From Bradymonadia bacterium (GTDB lineage Bacteria; Myxococcota_A; Bradymonadia; UBA7976; UBA1532): a DNA stretch of 64,000 bases. Below, piece after piece: positions 47,602 to 57,295 of this stretch (the first letter of the stretch is position 1; each line of letters starts with the position of its first letter). A program made the position numbers and the translations under genes. Below the pieces are notes generated by a model. That model did no database searches. It was not told the origin of the DNA and worked only from the letters and a program-made list of their open reading frames with translations. Where the stretch lies: the NCBI GenBank assembly GCA_046290225.1, contig JBKAGE010000076.1, positions 48,775 through 112,774 of the forward strand. Direction: 5' to 3'.

Positions 47602-49485
47602 ATGAAGTTCAGATGTGACCAGTGTGGGACACGCTACAGCATCAAAGACGAGAAGGTCCGTAACCGTGTCCTGAAAATTCGCTGCAAAATCTGCGAATAC
47701 GTGATCACCATCCAGGACCCGCTCGCATCTTCCACCGGGCTGGCTGCGGTCCACCCCGCAGCGCCTGCCCCCGCACCACCGGCACCGGCGCCTGCAGCTC
47801 CGGCGGGACTCGATCCCGACATGACCGTGCCCTTGCCCCCGGGTGCTCTTCCTCCGGGGCTCCCGCCACAGAGCACTTTGCCGGTCACACACACACCGAT
47901 CCCGGCAGAGCCGCTCTGGTACGCCCTCACCCCCAGAGGTGAAATCGGCCCTGTGCCCATCGCCCAGCTTCAAGAGCTCGTCCGTCAGGGGCAGGTGACC
48001 CCTGCAGACCAGGTGCGCTCCTCGGAGATGAGCGACTGGCACGTGGTGTCTGATCGCGTCGATCTGTTCCAAGGCCTCAACGTACCTCAAGCGCCGGCGA
48101 CGCCAGCGCCTGATCCCAACGAAGCCCCCGCCGTGGGCAGCCTCGGCCCTGTGGGCAGCCCCACGCCAGGCGACTTCAGCTGGCAGAACGAGCGAGAAGA
48201 CCGAACCATGATCGAGGAGATCCCCGACGATCTGCTCGACGCGCCCTCGACACCGGCGCCGACACCTCAGCCCCCTGCAGCGGGCCTCTCGGGCCTCATC
48301 GATCTCGGGCAGCTCGATGCCCTCGAATCTGCGGGCAGCCTCGGCCAGGCGAGCACGGTGGATGCCCTGGCAGGCTCTCAACAAGAAGAAGCGTTCTTCG
48401 CCTCTCAGCACGCCATGCCAGCGCTGACGCCTGCCCCGGCCCCTCAGCCCATGGACCTGGGCACGCCTGCACCAGAGGCCCCTCTCCCCGAGCCTGCACC
48501 GCCTGCACCACCTTCCGAAGAGCCAGACACCGTCCTCAGCGCGCCCCCAGTGCCCGCTGTCGAGGTCGACGACACCCCCACGCTGATCCCCGAGGTGCCT
48601 CCAGCCCCGGAGCCTGCCCCCGAGACGGTCACGACGCCGGAAGAGCGCAAGAGCAAGAAAGGCCTCTGGCTGGGCCTCGCCGCCATCGCCGCCATCGCGG
48701 TGCTGGGCATCGTCCTCGCCATGGGCAACGGTGACACACCGAAGCCGGGCGACACTGCTCAAAAGCCCAAGCCAGGCACTGCAGCACAACAGGCTGATCC
48801 ACCAAAGAAGGCGACCACACCTGCACCTGATCAGGGCGTGGCAGCTGCCCCTGTGGCGACACCTGACGCCGAAGCGCCCCCAGAGACACCCGACGCCGGA
48901 GCGCCGAGCGGCCCCTTGTCGAAACCACTGAGCCGGGATGTGAAGCAACCCACCTCACGGCCGGTGAACACAGTGAACAAGACGCCCAAGCCGAAGTCGC
49001 CCACGAGCAAGAAGCCGTCACAGGCAAACGCACAGAAACGTCAGACTGCGCCGAAGAACACCCAGAAGCCTGCACAGAAGAACAACCCCTCTGACGGCGC
49101 CGGCGGTGCCCAGGCTGCAGCGACCCGCGTGGCGCCGCTCAAGAAGACCGAGACGCGCCCCACGATGCCCGGCACAGTGGAGAACCTGCCCGAGAGCCTG
49201 AGCTCTCAAGAGATCGCCCAGATCATGCGTCGTCAGCGCATCAGCATCACCAACTGTTACAGCCGCCACCTGAAGCGCGAGGGCTCCGCGGTGGCCTCTC
49301 GGGCCATGCTGAAGTTCATGATCAAGCCCGACGGTCGCACGGACAAAATCCGCCTGCCCGCAGCCCTGGACAACACCACCCTGAAGTCGTGTCTGGTGAG
49401 CCTCGTGACCCGCACCCGCTTCGGCAAGTTCACCGGCAACCCCATCCCTGTGGAGTATCCCCTGGTCTTCCAGGCGGCGAACTGA
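47602..49485 (+). CDS. AgmX/GltJ-like protein (MJ0042-type zinc ribbon, GYF-like domain, TM, TonB-C-like C-terminus)
   Basis: MKFRCDQCGTRY..KIRCKIC; WY..GEIGP..L..G.V..DQV..M.DW; Pro-rich linker; TM; CY..F.IKPDG..CLV..F..VEYPLVF. Confidence 0.8.
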   Translation: MKFRCDQCGTRYSIKDEKVRNRVLKIRCKICEYVITIQDPLASSTGLAAVHPAAPAPAPPAPAPAAPAGLDPDMTVPLPPGALPPGLPPQSTLPVTHTPIPAEPLWYALTPRGEIGPVPIAQLQELVRQGQVTPADQVRSSEMSDWHVVSDRVDLFQGLNVPQAPATPAPDPNEAPAVGSLGPVGSPTPGDFSWQNEREDRTMIEEIPDDLLDAPSTPAPTPQPPAAGLSGLIDLGQLDALESAGSLGQASTVDALAGSQQEEAFFASQHAMPALTPAPAPQPMDLGTPAPEAPLPEPAPPAPPSEEPDTVLSAPPVPAVEVDDTPTLIPEVPPAPEPAPETVTTPEERKSKKGLWLGLAAIAAIAVLGIVLAMGNGDTPKPGDTAQKPKPGTAAQQADPPKKATTPAPDQGVAAAPVATPDAEAPPETPDAGAPSGPLSKPLSRDVKQPTSRPVNTVNKTPKPKSPTSKKPSQANAQKRQTAPKNTQKPAQKNNPSDGAGGAQAAATRVAPLKKTETRPTMPGTVENLPESLSSQEIAQIMRRQRISITNCYSRHLKREGSAVASRAMLKFMIKPDGRTDKIRLPAALDNTTLKSCLVSLVTRTRFGKFTGNPIPVEYPLVFQAAN

Positions 49486-49490
49486 ATCCG

Positions 49491-49928
49491 GTGAGCCCCG
49501 GGCTCCTCACGCTCCATCTCATCTGCGCCTGTCTCTGCATCGGAGCCAGCACCCATCAAGCCCTCTTTGCATGGCGGCGACCCGCCCGTGCGGCCCGGTT
49601 CGCGTCGCTGGCTCTGGTCACCGGACTCGTCGCCGCCGTGCTCGGCGCGGTGATCTACCCCGACTACAAGACCGACCTCCGTGGGCCCTGGCTTGAGACT
49701 GCGCTGCCTGATGGTGTACGGGCCTTCGATCTCAAAGAGCACCTCGTGGCGCTGAGCCTCGCCACCCACTGGGGAGCCTGGGTGCTTGCCCGTGGAGGCC
49801 GCGCCACCACAGCTCGGGGCCCATCGCGAACAGCCTATGTGAGCCTCGCCACCTTGAGCGCTCTCCTGGTGTGGATCGGCGGGCTCATCGGCGTCTACAT
49901 GGTGTCGTGGCAGGCCACGCATCGATGA
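49491..49928 (+). CDS. Small membrane protein
   Basis: Four hydrophobic segments with intramembrane His; FDLKEH motif. Confidence 0.6.
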   Translation: MSPGLLTLHLICACLCIGASTHQALFAWRRPARAARFASLALVTGLVAAVLGAVIYPDYKTDLRGPWLETALPDGVRAFDLKEHLVALSLATHWGAWVLARGGRATTARGPSRTAYVSLATLSALLVWIGGLIGVYMVSWQATHR

Positions 49929-50248
49929 GCCCGCGCACACGATATGGCCTCGCCCTCGGCGGCACCCTCGGCTTTGTGTTGGGCTATGCCCTCTCTGGGC
50001 TCATGGGCTGGCCCCTGCCCACCTATGATCCGGTGAGCGGGCTCTGGCACTGGTCCACCCCTGGAGATCCGATGCACATGCGCTACTACGGCCAGCTTGC
50101 CGCTGGGGTGCTGACCGGTGCGCTCGGGGCCCTCGTCGGCGGCCTGCTGGCCCCCCGTGTTCAGAGTCGGGCACCCCTGGCGGTGTGGTGGTTGTGGACG
50201 GCGATGTTGTGGCTGGTGGGGATGCTGGCGGCCTCGCTCTGGCTGTAG
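49925..50248 (+). CDS. Small membrane protein
   Basis: ATGA overlap with the previous gene; three hydrophobic segments. Confidence 0.6.
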   Translation: MSPRTRYGLALGGTLGFVLGYALSGLMGWPLPTYDPVSGLWHWSTPGDPMHMRYYGQLAAGVLTGALGALVGGLLAPRVQSRAPLAVWWLWTAMLWLVGMLAASLWL

Positions 50249-50286
50249 TTCAGGCGCACAACCACGCATGTGCAACCTGAGCATCG

Positions 50287-50316
50287 TTGCCATCATATAC
50301 CCAGGGGGGGTATATC
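50287..50316 (+). promoter_or_regulatory. CsoR/RcnR-type operator overlapping a putative promoter
   Basis: ATATAC-CCAGGGGGG-GTATAT at 50295-50315 between TTGCCA and TATATC, upstream of a metal permease gene. Confidence 0.75.
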
Positions 50317-50353
50317 AGAGAGGTCCTCGGCAACGACTCCGGAGGTCCGAGAC

Positions 50354-51535
50354 ATGCTCGAAGCGATCTGGGGTGTCTCCCTCGCCCTGGCCCCATGGCT
50401 GCTCTTGGGCACCGCCCTCGCCGCCATCATGCACATCGCCCTGCCCGACGGCTTCGTGCAGCGTCAGCTCACTGGCCGTGGAGGCGTCTTCAAGGCCGTA
50501 GCCCTCGGCGTGCCTCTGCCACTGTGCTCCTGTGGGGTCATTCCTGCAGGGCTCGGCCTGAAGCGGGACGGTGCCGGCAACGGTGCCACAGTGGGCTTCT
50601 TGATCAGCACCCCCCAGACGGGGATCGACTCTCTCCTCGTAAGCGGCGCGTTCCTCGGCTGGCCCTTTGCGGTGTTCAAGCTCCTCAGCGCTGCAGTCAC
50701 TGGTCTGGCAGGGGGCCTCCTCGCCGAAGCGGTGGCACCGAGCGGTGGGCGCGAGGCCCGGTCAAGCGCCTCTGCTCATGTAGATCGCAGCTGGCGCGGC
50801 GCGCTGAATCACGGCCTTGAGATCCTGCGTTCGATTTGGGGGTGGCTGGTCTTCGGGGTGCTGCTCTCTGCAGCGCTCACCACGTGGATGCCCACCACAC
50901 TGCTCTCAGGCCTCACCGGGTACGGCGTTTTGCTCACCGCCGCCGCAGTGTTGGCCCTCTCACTCCCCCTCTATGTCTGCGCCACGGCCTCAGTGCCCAT
51001 CGCCGCCGCCCTCGTCGCTGGAGGCCTGCCCCCGGGCATGGCCCTCGTGTTTCTCATGGCAGGCCCCGCCACCAACGCCGCCACCATCGGCGCGATCCAC
51101 CGCGCCCTCGGGGGATCTCTGCTGGCGGTGTATCTCGGCACGATCATCATCGGCAGCGTCGGCCTGGGCCTCACCTTTGACGCAGTGCTCCCTCAGTCAG
51201 AGACCATTGCCCATCACCACATGCACGACGCCGCGACATGGTGGGCCATCGGCTCAGTGGCGGTGCTGGCGAGCCTCATCGGATGGTTCGCCTGGGAGAG
51301 CCTGCGTGGGCTCTTGCCTCAGCACGCCCCCAGCGGCCCCCAGCTCGTGGTGATCTCTGTAGAAGGCCTCACCTGTGGCGGCTGCGTGCGCAAGCTCGAG
51401 GGCAAGCTGCGCGATGCCCCAGGCGTCGAATCAGTCGTCGTGAGCAGGGCGCCAGACCGCGCAGAAGTGAGCGGTCAGATCGACGAGGCAGGGATCAGAG
51501 AGGTGATCGAGCAAGCAGGCTTTCGGGCGGTCTGA
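50354..51535 (+). CDS. DUF318 / SO_0444-like heavy-metal permease with C-terminal HMA domain
   Basis: GGAGG RBS; PLPLCSCGVIP, STPQTGIDS, PLYVCATASVP, AGPATN; HMA GLTCGGC. Confidence 0.88.
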   Translation: MLEAIWGVSLALAPWLLLGTALAAIMHIALPDGFVQRQLTGRGGVFKAVALGVPLPLCSCGVIPAGLGLKRDGAGNGATVGFLISTPQTGIDSLLVSGAFLGWPFAVFKLLSAAVTGLAGGLLAEAVAPSGGREARSSASAHVDRSWRGALNHGLEILRSIWGWLVFGVLLSAALTTWMPTTLLSGLTGYGVLLTAAAVLALSLPLYVCATASVPIAAALVAGGLPPGMALVFLMAGPATNAATIGAIHRALGGSLLAVYLGTIIIGSVGLGLTFDAVLPQSETIAHHHMHDAATWWAIGSVAVLASLIGWFAWESLRGLLPQHAPSGPQLVVISVEGLTCGGCVRKLEGKLRDAPGVESVVVSRAPDRAEVSGQIDEAGIREVIEQAGFRAV

Positions 51536-51542
51536 GCAGACC

Positions 51543-53714
51543 TCACTCCTTGCCGCTGATGCGCTCGATCATCCACTCCAGGGCAGAAATCTCGGGCAAC
51601 TGGACTTCAACAGTCACCCGCTGCCCCGGGCGCAAGCGTCGATCGGGGTTGGGCACCTCGATGTCGAGGGGGAACATGCCCCTGACTTTGACATCGCCGG
51701 GGCGCCCGAGGCGGAGACTGAGCTGTAGATCAGGCTGACCCTCTGGGGTGAGCACCCCCTGCCCTGCAGCCTCCACGGCGCCGAGGTATTGATCAGGCAC
51801 CCGCAGCTTCACCTTCAAGCGCTCGACGTCGGCCACCTGGAACAACACCTCGCCCTTCGACACCCGCTGCCCTTCATGGGGCACAGGCCGGGCCTCCGCG
51901 CGGAGCAGCAGGCCAGAGCGAGGTGACTTCAGCGCTTGATCAGAGGTGACCTCCAGGCGCTCTTTCTCGGCGATCAACGCCGAGATCTCAGACAACACAT
52001 CGCCCACCTTGCGGTTTCGGGTCGCCGAGCGTCGAGCGCCCTCCAGCTCGAGACGCAGCCGGCTCACGGTCTTGCGGGCGGCGTCTTCGTCGTTGCGGGC
52101 CTGGTCGAGCTCGGCGTAACCCACCTCGCGACGGTTGAAGGCCTCGAGACGATCACGGGCCAGCCGCTCGGCCTTGGCGAGGCGCGCCTCGGCGGTGGAG
52201 AGCTCTTGCTTGATGGCTGCCGCAGCGCGCCCCGTACGGCCGGTCTGACGACTCGCGGCGAGCTTCTCCAGGGTGTCGATCTGTGCCTGTAGATCATCCA
52301 CCTGGTCTTGCACGTCGAGGTCGAGCAGGTTCACCACCAGATCGCCGGCGACGACGGCGTCACCGAGCCGGAACCGGACCTGCTCGATGCGACCTCGGGT
52401 CCGGGCCACGAGGGGCACGGCGTCACCAGGGGCCATCTCACCGCCCAGCGAGATCGACCGCTGCATCGGCACCAGGGCCGCAGCGCCGATGGTGAGGCCC
52501 ACCCCGACGAGGAGCACCACGAGCCCCTTGAGCAGCCCCCCACCGCGCTTCTTGCGACGGCGCTGATGACGTCTGGGGTTTGCGTGCACGATGTGGCGTC
52601 GCAGAGCGGGCTTGCCGTGCTCCACGGGAATGGGCACCGGCGGGTGCTCCCCCCACGACGTGGGTCCGGTGGCGCTCTTGGCCAGCACGCGCTTGCGCAC
52701 GCCCGAGGCGCTCATGGAATGATCCGAAACCGGGGTCTCGTCGAGATCGGGAGCACTGCCGCTGCGGCTCAACGCCTTGGCCTGCTCGATGGCCTCTTCG
52801 AGAGACTGCACACTCACCGGATCGCTCGAGGTCGGGTCGCTGGGGCTCTGGTGCCCGGAGATCAGCGCCTCGTCGAGCTTGCGCTGCACTGCCGAGGCAC
52901 GGAGCGCCACCTGCTGCTGCGAATCGCGACTCTCGAGGTTGGTCGACACATCGATCATCTGCAGCGTGCCGTCGCCCTCGGGGGCCTCGGCAGAGTTGGG
53001 ATCGTCTTCGATCCGCAGTCTGATCTCGTGATCGCCCAAGCGGAGCACGTCGCCCTCGCGGGCTTCGGCGATGCCCACCACCGGACGATCGTTGAGCCAC
53101 GTGTAGTTCTCGGCCCTCAGGTTGATGACGTAGCAGAGCTGCTTGCCAAAGGCATCCACCCGCACGTGCTGAGGGGCCACCCCGGTGCCCGGCAGGTTCA
53201 CCGAACAGCCCGACCGGCCCATGGTGGCCGAGGCGGTGTAGTTGGTGACGCACTTGCCGGCGTTGGGCCCCTTCTCGAAGTCGAGGAGCAGTCGAACCGG
53301 TGGCTCTTTATAGCTGTACAGGAACCGAATGTCGGTGGTGCCGATGCGAATGATGTCGCCGTGGCACAGCACCACTTCTTCTACGGGCTCGCCGTTGACC
53401 TCGGTGCCGTTGGTGCTCTCGAGATCCCGCAGCAGCAGCTCGCTGCCGTACCCTGCAATGTAGGCGTGCCGCGTCGAGGATGCGCCGTCATCGAGGGCGA
53501 TGTTGCAGTCTTGAGAGCGGCCCAGCGTGAAATATCGGCCCTGCGAGACGCTCTCGGCTCGGATCACGAACCACTGCAACCGCCGACCGCCCACGTCATA
53601 GACATAGAGGTTCGCTCGATAGGCCCCACCGGTGAACAACGTTCCGTGCTCTCCGGCGTGTACGCCAGAGACATCAGGATCGAGGTTGGAGACTGGTGGA
53701 GTAGAGGGCTTCAT
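51543..53714 (-). CDS. Tandem FHA domain protein fused to a membrane-fusion (HlyD/RND adaptor-like) domain
   Basis: FHA1 LGRS..SSTRHA..DLESTNGT.VNG; degenerate FHA2 MGRS..VAPQHV; TM; lipoyl/coiled-coil; NPDRRLRPGQ. Confidence 0.8.
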   Translation of the reverse strand: MKPSTPPVSNLDPDVSGVHAGEHGTLFTGGAYRANLYVYDVGGRRLQWFVIRAESVSQGRYFTLGRSQDCNIALDDGASSTRHAYIAGYGSELLLRDLESTNGTEVNGEPVEEVVLCHGDIIRIGTTDIRFLYSYKEPPVRLLLDFEKGPNAGKCVTNYTASATMGRSGCSVNLPGTGVAPQHVRVDAFGKQLCYVINLRAENYTWLNDRPVVGIAEAREGDVLRLGDHEIRLRIEDDPNSAEAPEGDGTLQMIDVSTNLESRDSQQQVALRASAVQRKLDEALISGHQSPSDPTSSDPVSVQSLEEAIEQAKALSRSGSAPDLDETPVSDHSMSASGVRKRVLAKSATGPTSWGEHPPVPIPVEHGKPALRRHIVHANPRRHQRRRKKRGGGLLKGLVVLLVGVGLTIGAAALVPMQRSISLGGEMAPGDAVPLVARTRGRIEQVRFRLGDAVVAGDLVVNLLDLDVQDQVDDLQAQIDTLEKLAASRQTGRTGRAAAAIKQELSTAEARLAKAERLARDRLEAFNRREVGYAELDQARNDEDAARKTVSRLRLELEGARRSATRNRKVGDVLSEISALIAEKERLEVTSDQALKSPRSGLLLRAEARPVPHEGQRVSKGEVLFQVADVERLKVKLRVPDQYLGAVEAAGQGVLTPEGQPDLQLSLRLGRPGDVKVRGMFPLDIEVPNPDRRLRPGQRVTVEVQLPEISALEWMIERISGKE

Positions 53715-53782
53715 GGGTGGGAGCAGTCTATTGCCTGGATCTCACTTCGCCAAAGGGGCGCGGCTGGGTTAACGTCGGAAAC

Positions 53783-55249
53783 ATGACACAAGACAACGAA
53801 AAAGTCGGCTCTATTGCTTATACCGAGGTCGAAGAGGGCTACTTCGAGAAGCGCACCCTGAGACCTTACGCCCGAGCCCTGCACCTCTGGGCCCTCGGTG
53901 TGGGCGCGGTCATCTCTGGTGACTTCTTCGGCTGGAACTTCGGCCTGGCTTCCGGTGGCTTCGGCGGCATGCTCATCGCCCTGTGCATCGTCACGGTGAT
54001 GTACCTGGGCCTGTGCTTCAGCATCGCCGAGATGTCGGCGGCCCTGCCCCACACCGGCGGTGCATACAGCTTCGCCCGTTCATCTCTGGGCCCCTGGGGG
54101 GCCTACATCACCGGCCTGTCCGAGAACATGGAGTACGTGCTCACACCTGCGGTCATCGTCGCAGGCATCGGGGGTTACCTCGGTGACATCGTGGGCACCG
54201 ATCCATCGCTGGCACCAGTATGGTGGGCGGCGGCTTATGGGGTGTTTCTCGCGCTCAACATCTGGGGTGTGGAGATCTCCTTCAAGTTCTCCGTGGTCAT
54301 CACCATCCTGGCGCTGTTGATTCTGGCGGTGTTCTACATCGGCGCCCTGAGCCACGCCGACATCGGTGAATACGCCCTCGATATCCCCCCAGATCCCACA
54401 ATCGAGGGCAGCTCCACATGGCTGCCGAAGGGCTGGCAGGGCATCTTCGCGGCCCTGCCCTTCGCCATCTGGTTCTATCTGGCCATCGAGGAGCTGCCCC
54501 TCGCCGCGGAAGAGTCCCACGATCCCCAAAAAGACATCCCACGCGGTCTGATCCTGGGCATCCTGACCCTCATCGTCTGCGCCTTCGGCACCCTGATCCT
54601 GAACACGTCGATCCCGCCGGGTGCCCACGAGATTTCGACCTCGAAGGCCCCGCTCTTCGACGGCTTCAAGACGATCTTCGGCGCCGGCGTCGGGGCCAAA
54701 CTGCTGGCGTGCATCGCCGTGGCAGGCCTGGTGGCGAGCTTCCACACGATCATCTTCGCCTACGGCCGCCAGATCTATTCGCTGTCGCGTGCGGGGTACT
54801 TCCCCCGTGTGCTGTCGCTCACCCACTCCACCCGGCAAACCCCCCACGTGGCCCTGCTCGTGGGCGCGGCGGTGGGCTACCTCGTGGCCTTCGTGATCTA
54901 CCTGCTCGGTGAAGAGCACCCTGTGGGGGCGGTGCTGCTCAACATGGCGGTCTTCGGCGCCATGATCGCCTACATCTTGCAGATGCTGTCCTTCATCATG
55001 CTGCGCATCAAGATGCCCAACATCGAGCGCCCCTACCGCAGCCCCTTCGGCATGGCGGGTGCGATCGCGGCTCTGCTGCTCTCAGTGATGGTGCTGGTAA
55101 CGCTCTTCATCATGGAGCCGGTCTACCGCAAGGTGGTGATCGGGGCGGCGATCTGGTTCTTGCTGGGCCTGCTCTACTTCGCCCTGGTGGGCCGCCACAA
55201 GCTGGTGAAGTCGCCGGAAGAAGAGTTCGCCCTCCAGCAGGGGGAGTGA
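53783..55249 (+). CDS. eat: APC-family amino acid permease, ethanolamine permease-like
   Basis: LGVGAVISGDFFGWNFG, LPFAIWFYLAIE..AAEE, ASFHTIIFAYGRQ, SPEEEFA. Confidence 0.8.
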   Translation: MTQDNEKVGSIAYTEVEEGYFEKRTLRPYARALHLWALGVGAVISGDFFGWNFGLASGGFGGMLIALCIVTVMYLGLCFSIAEMSAALPHTGGAYSFARSSLGPWGAYITGLSENMEYVLTPAVIVAGIGGYLGDIVGTDPSLAPVWWAAAYGVFLALNIWGVEISFKFSVVITILALLILAVFYIGALSHADIGEYALDIPPDPTIEGSSTWLPKGWQGIFAALPFAIWFYLAIEELPLAAEESHDPQKDIPRGLILGILTLIVCAFGTLILNTSIPPGAHEISTSKAPLFDGFKTIFGAGVGAKLLACIAVAGLVASFHTIIFAYGRQIYSLSRAGYFPRVLSLTHSTRQTPHVALLVGAAVGYLVAFVIYLLGEEHPVGAVLLNMAVFGAMIAYILQMLSFIMLRIKMPNIERPYRSPFGMAGAIAALLLSVMVLVTLFIMEPVYRKVVIGAAIWFLLGLLYFALVGRHKLVKSPEEEFALQQGE

Positions 55250-55278
55250 CGATTCCGCTCCGCAGTTTTGCTGCAGGT

Positions 55279-56727
55279 TTAACGCTTGGGGGCAGGCATA
55301 CCGTCGATCTTGAGTTGAGGCAGGCTTGAGCGGACGACCTTGTTCAGCTCCACCTTGCCTCGAGGTGCGTTGGCCAGATCGGTGGCTGCAGCGGCCTTCT
55401 TCTTGTTGTCGAAGCTCCCCGGCGGCCCACCCCAGCGGTTGTAGACAGGGTTCTCGCACGCCACCTTGCCCTCCCAGAAATGCCGAATGATGTAGCGGCC
55501 CTGGAAGTTGTTCACGCTGGCCATGTCTACTGAGCCAGGGGCCTCCACCCCTGTCCCATCCCAATTGGCTCGACCGCCGCGCACGGGCTTTGCCTCGGTG
55601 AAGACGAGATCTTCGCTGAGGGTGTCCTTGCTGTAACGCGTGTGCATCCGCGTCAGCACCCAGCTTGATGCAGCTCCGAAGAAAGGCTGATTGATTGCGG
55701 CAACCCCACGCCCTTTGCCAGAGCCGTTGTCTTTGACGCCCATGACATCGCCACCGAGGGTCATGAGATCAGCAGGCTGTAGAGGCGGGACAGGGCACGG
55801 GTCGCAGCTGGTGGTCTGCCATGCGTACTCGGTGACAACGGCCTTGTTGCCGTGGGCGGCCATCGTCGAATCAAAGAGCTGCGCGTAGAAAGCACCGAAG
55901 TTCTCACGGACTTTGTCGAGAACCTCGACGTTGCTGGGGATGAAGACATTGGGGTAGTTGGCCACCTCGAAACGCGAGGTTGGGTGCAGCACATACACAA
56001 TGAGGTCCTGCTTCCCGTTGGCGTTCAACAAACCCAAACGCACCGGCAGGCTGAACTGCTCCGACTCGTAATCGAACCGCAAAGGCGAGAGCACGGCGTA
56101 ACCGTGGTCATCCCGCTTCACCTTCTCGATGTTCACCTTCGCTACGAAGAACTTCATGCCCCCCCGGATGTAAGGCGCCAGCGCCTTCGACGCTCCATCG
56201 GGAATCGTGTACTTGTTCAGCTTCAGCCAAGTCTCAAGACCATTCGCCTCTTTCGCAGACAAGATCACGATCTGGTACTCGCCCACCTCGAACTGCGCTT
56301 CGATCTTCACCCCGAGATCTTTGTCTGCGACAGCGCCTTTGAGGTCGACCATGGTCGGGGCACCACCAGCAGCCAGATCAAGGGCCTCGAACTTCACTCG
56401 TGGCACATAGCAGGGGTCCTGCTCCCAATACTCGACGAGGCGGGGGGCTGAGAGCTGGTCGACTTTGCTGAAGACATCGTGGGGCAATGTCTTGACCTGC
56501 TCTTTCTGAAGCACGACGGGCACAGGGACCACCATGGCAAAGTCCTCTGGCGGGCCCTGGTAGTTGTTCGACATCGACAACACCGTCTTGTTGCCCTTGC
56601 GCATCAACGCCACCTGAGAGGCATTGTTGTGCAGCTCAGCATCTGCACCTGATACGAAGAACCCGCAAAACCCCAACGCGCTCGATGGCAGCCCCATCAT
56701 CGCGATCATCAACGCCAGCAGCCGCAT
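55279..56727 (-). CDS. DUF2330 domain protein, copy 1
   Basis: Signal peptide then FCGFFVS, FAMVVPVP, SAPRLVEYWEQDPC, LPVRLG, VTEYAW, LTRMH. Confidence 0.88.
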   Translation of the reverse strand: MRLLALMIAMMGLPSSALGFCGFFVSGADAELHNNASQVALMRKGNKTVLSMSNNYQGPPEDFAMVVPVPVVLQKEQVKTLPHDVFSKVDQLSAPRLVEYWEQDPCYVPRVKFEALDLAAGGAPTMVDLKGAVADKDLGVKIEAQFEVGEYQIVILSAKEANGLETWLKLNKYTIPDGASKALAPYIRGGMKFFVAKVNIEKVKRDDHGYAVLSPLRFDYESEQFSLPVRLGLLNANGKQDLIVYVLHPTSRFEVANYPNVFIPSNVEVLDKVRENFGAFYAQLFDSTMAAHGNKAVVTEYAWQTTSCDPCPVPPLQPADLMTLGGDVMGVKDNGSGKGRGVAAINQPFFGAASSWVLTRMHTRYSKDTLSEDLVFTEAKPVRGGRANWDGTGVEAPGSVDMASVNNFQGRYIIRHFWEGKVACENPVYNRWGGPPGSFDNKKKAAAATDLANAPRGKVELNKVVRSSLPQLKIDGMPAPKR

Positions 56728-56794
56728 GACCATCTCCCCAAATGTGAACGTGTGCCCACAGCCATAGCACAGCCACACGCCTTGGAGGCCCTCG

Positions 56795-57292
56795 ATGCCC
56801 ACCGCCCAGCACTGGATCACCACCCTCGAGCTACAGCCCCATCCCGAGGGTGGCTGGTATCGGGAGACTTATCGCGCCACAGGTCAGATCCCCGGCGACG
56901 CGCTGCAATCGATCGGCGCCTCGAGAAGCTACGTCACCAGCATCTACTACCTGCTGGAGCATGGTCAGCGGTCAGCGCTTCACCGCATCAAACAAGACGA
57001 GATGTGGCACTTTCACGATGGCCACCCCCTCGACGTGGAGGTGATCCATCCTGATGGCCGACACGAGGTTTTGCGGGTGGGGCTCTCTGAAGACGCCACG
57101 CCACAGGCTGTGGTGCCTGCAGGGTGCTGGTTCGGCGCCCGCCATGGCGGCGATATCCCCGCTGGGGCGTTCACGTTGGTGGGGTGTACTGTGGCGCCGG
57201 GCTTCGACTTTGACGACTTCGAGATGGCCGAGCAGGATCAGCTGCTGGCCATGTACCCGGAGCACCGTGCGCTCATCGAAGCCATGACTTGA
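56795..57292 (+). CDS. Cupin superfamily protein (DUF985 / Cupin_5)
   Basis: LQPHPEGGWYRE, TSIYYLL, HRI..DE.WHF, VGCTVAPGFDF.DFE. Confidence 0.92.
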   Translation: MPTAQHWITTLELQPHPEGGWYRETYRATGQIPGDALQSIGASRSYVTSIYYLLEHGQRSALHRIKQDEMWHFHDGHPLDVEVIHPDGRHEVLRVGLSEDATPQAVVPAGCWFGARHGGDIPAGAFTLVGCTVAPGFDFDDFEMAEQDQLLAMYPEHRALIEAMT

Positions 57293-57295
57293 GCA

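Noticed and set aside
52308..53786. 492-aa plus-strand ORF
   Set aside because: Antisense shadow of the FHA-adaptor gene.
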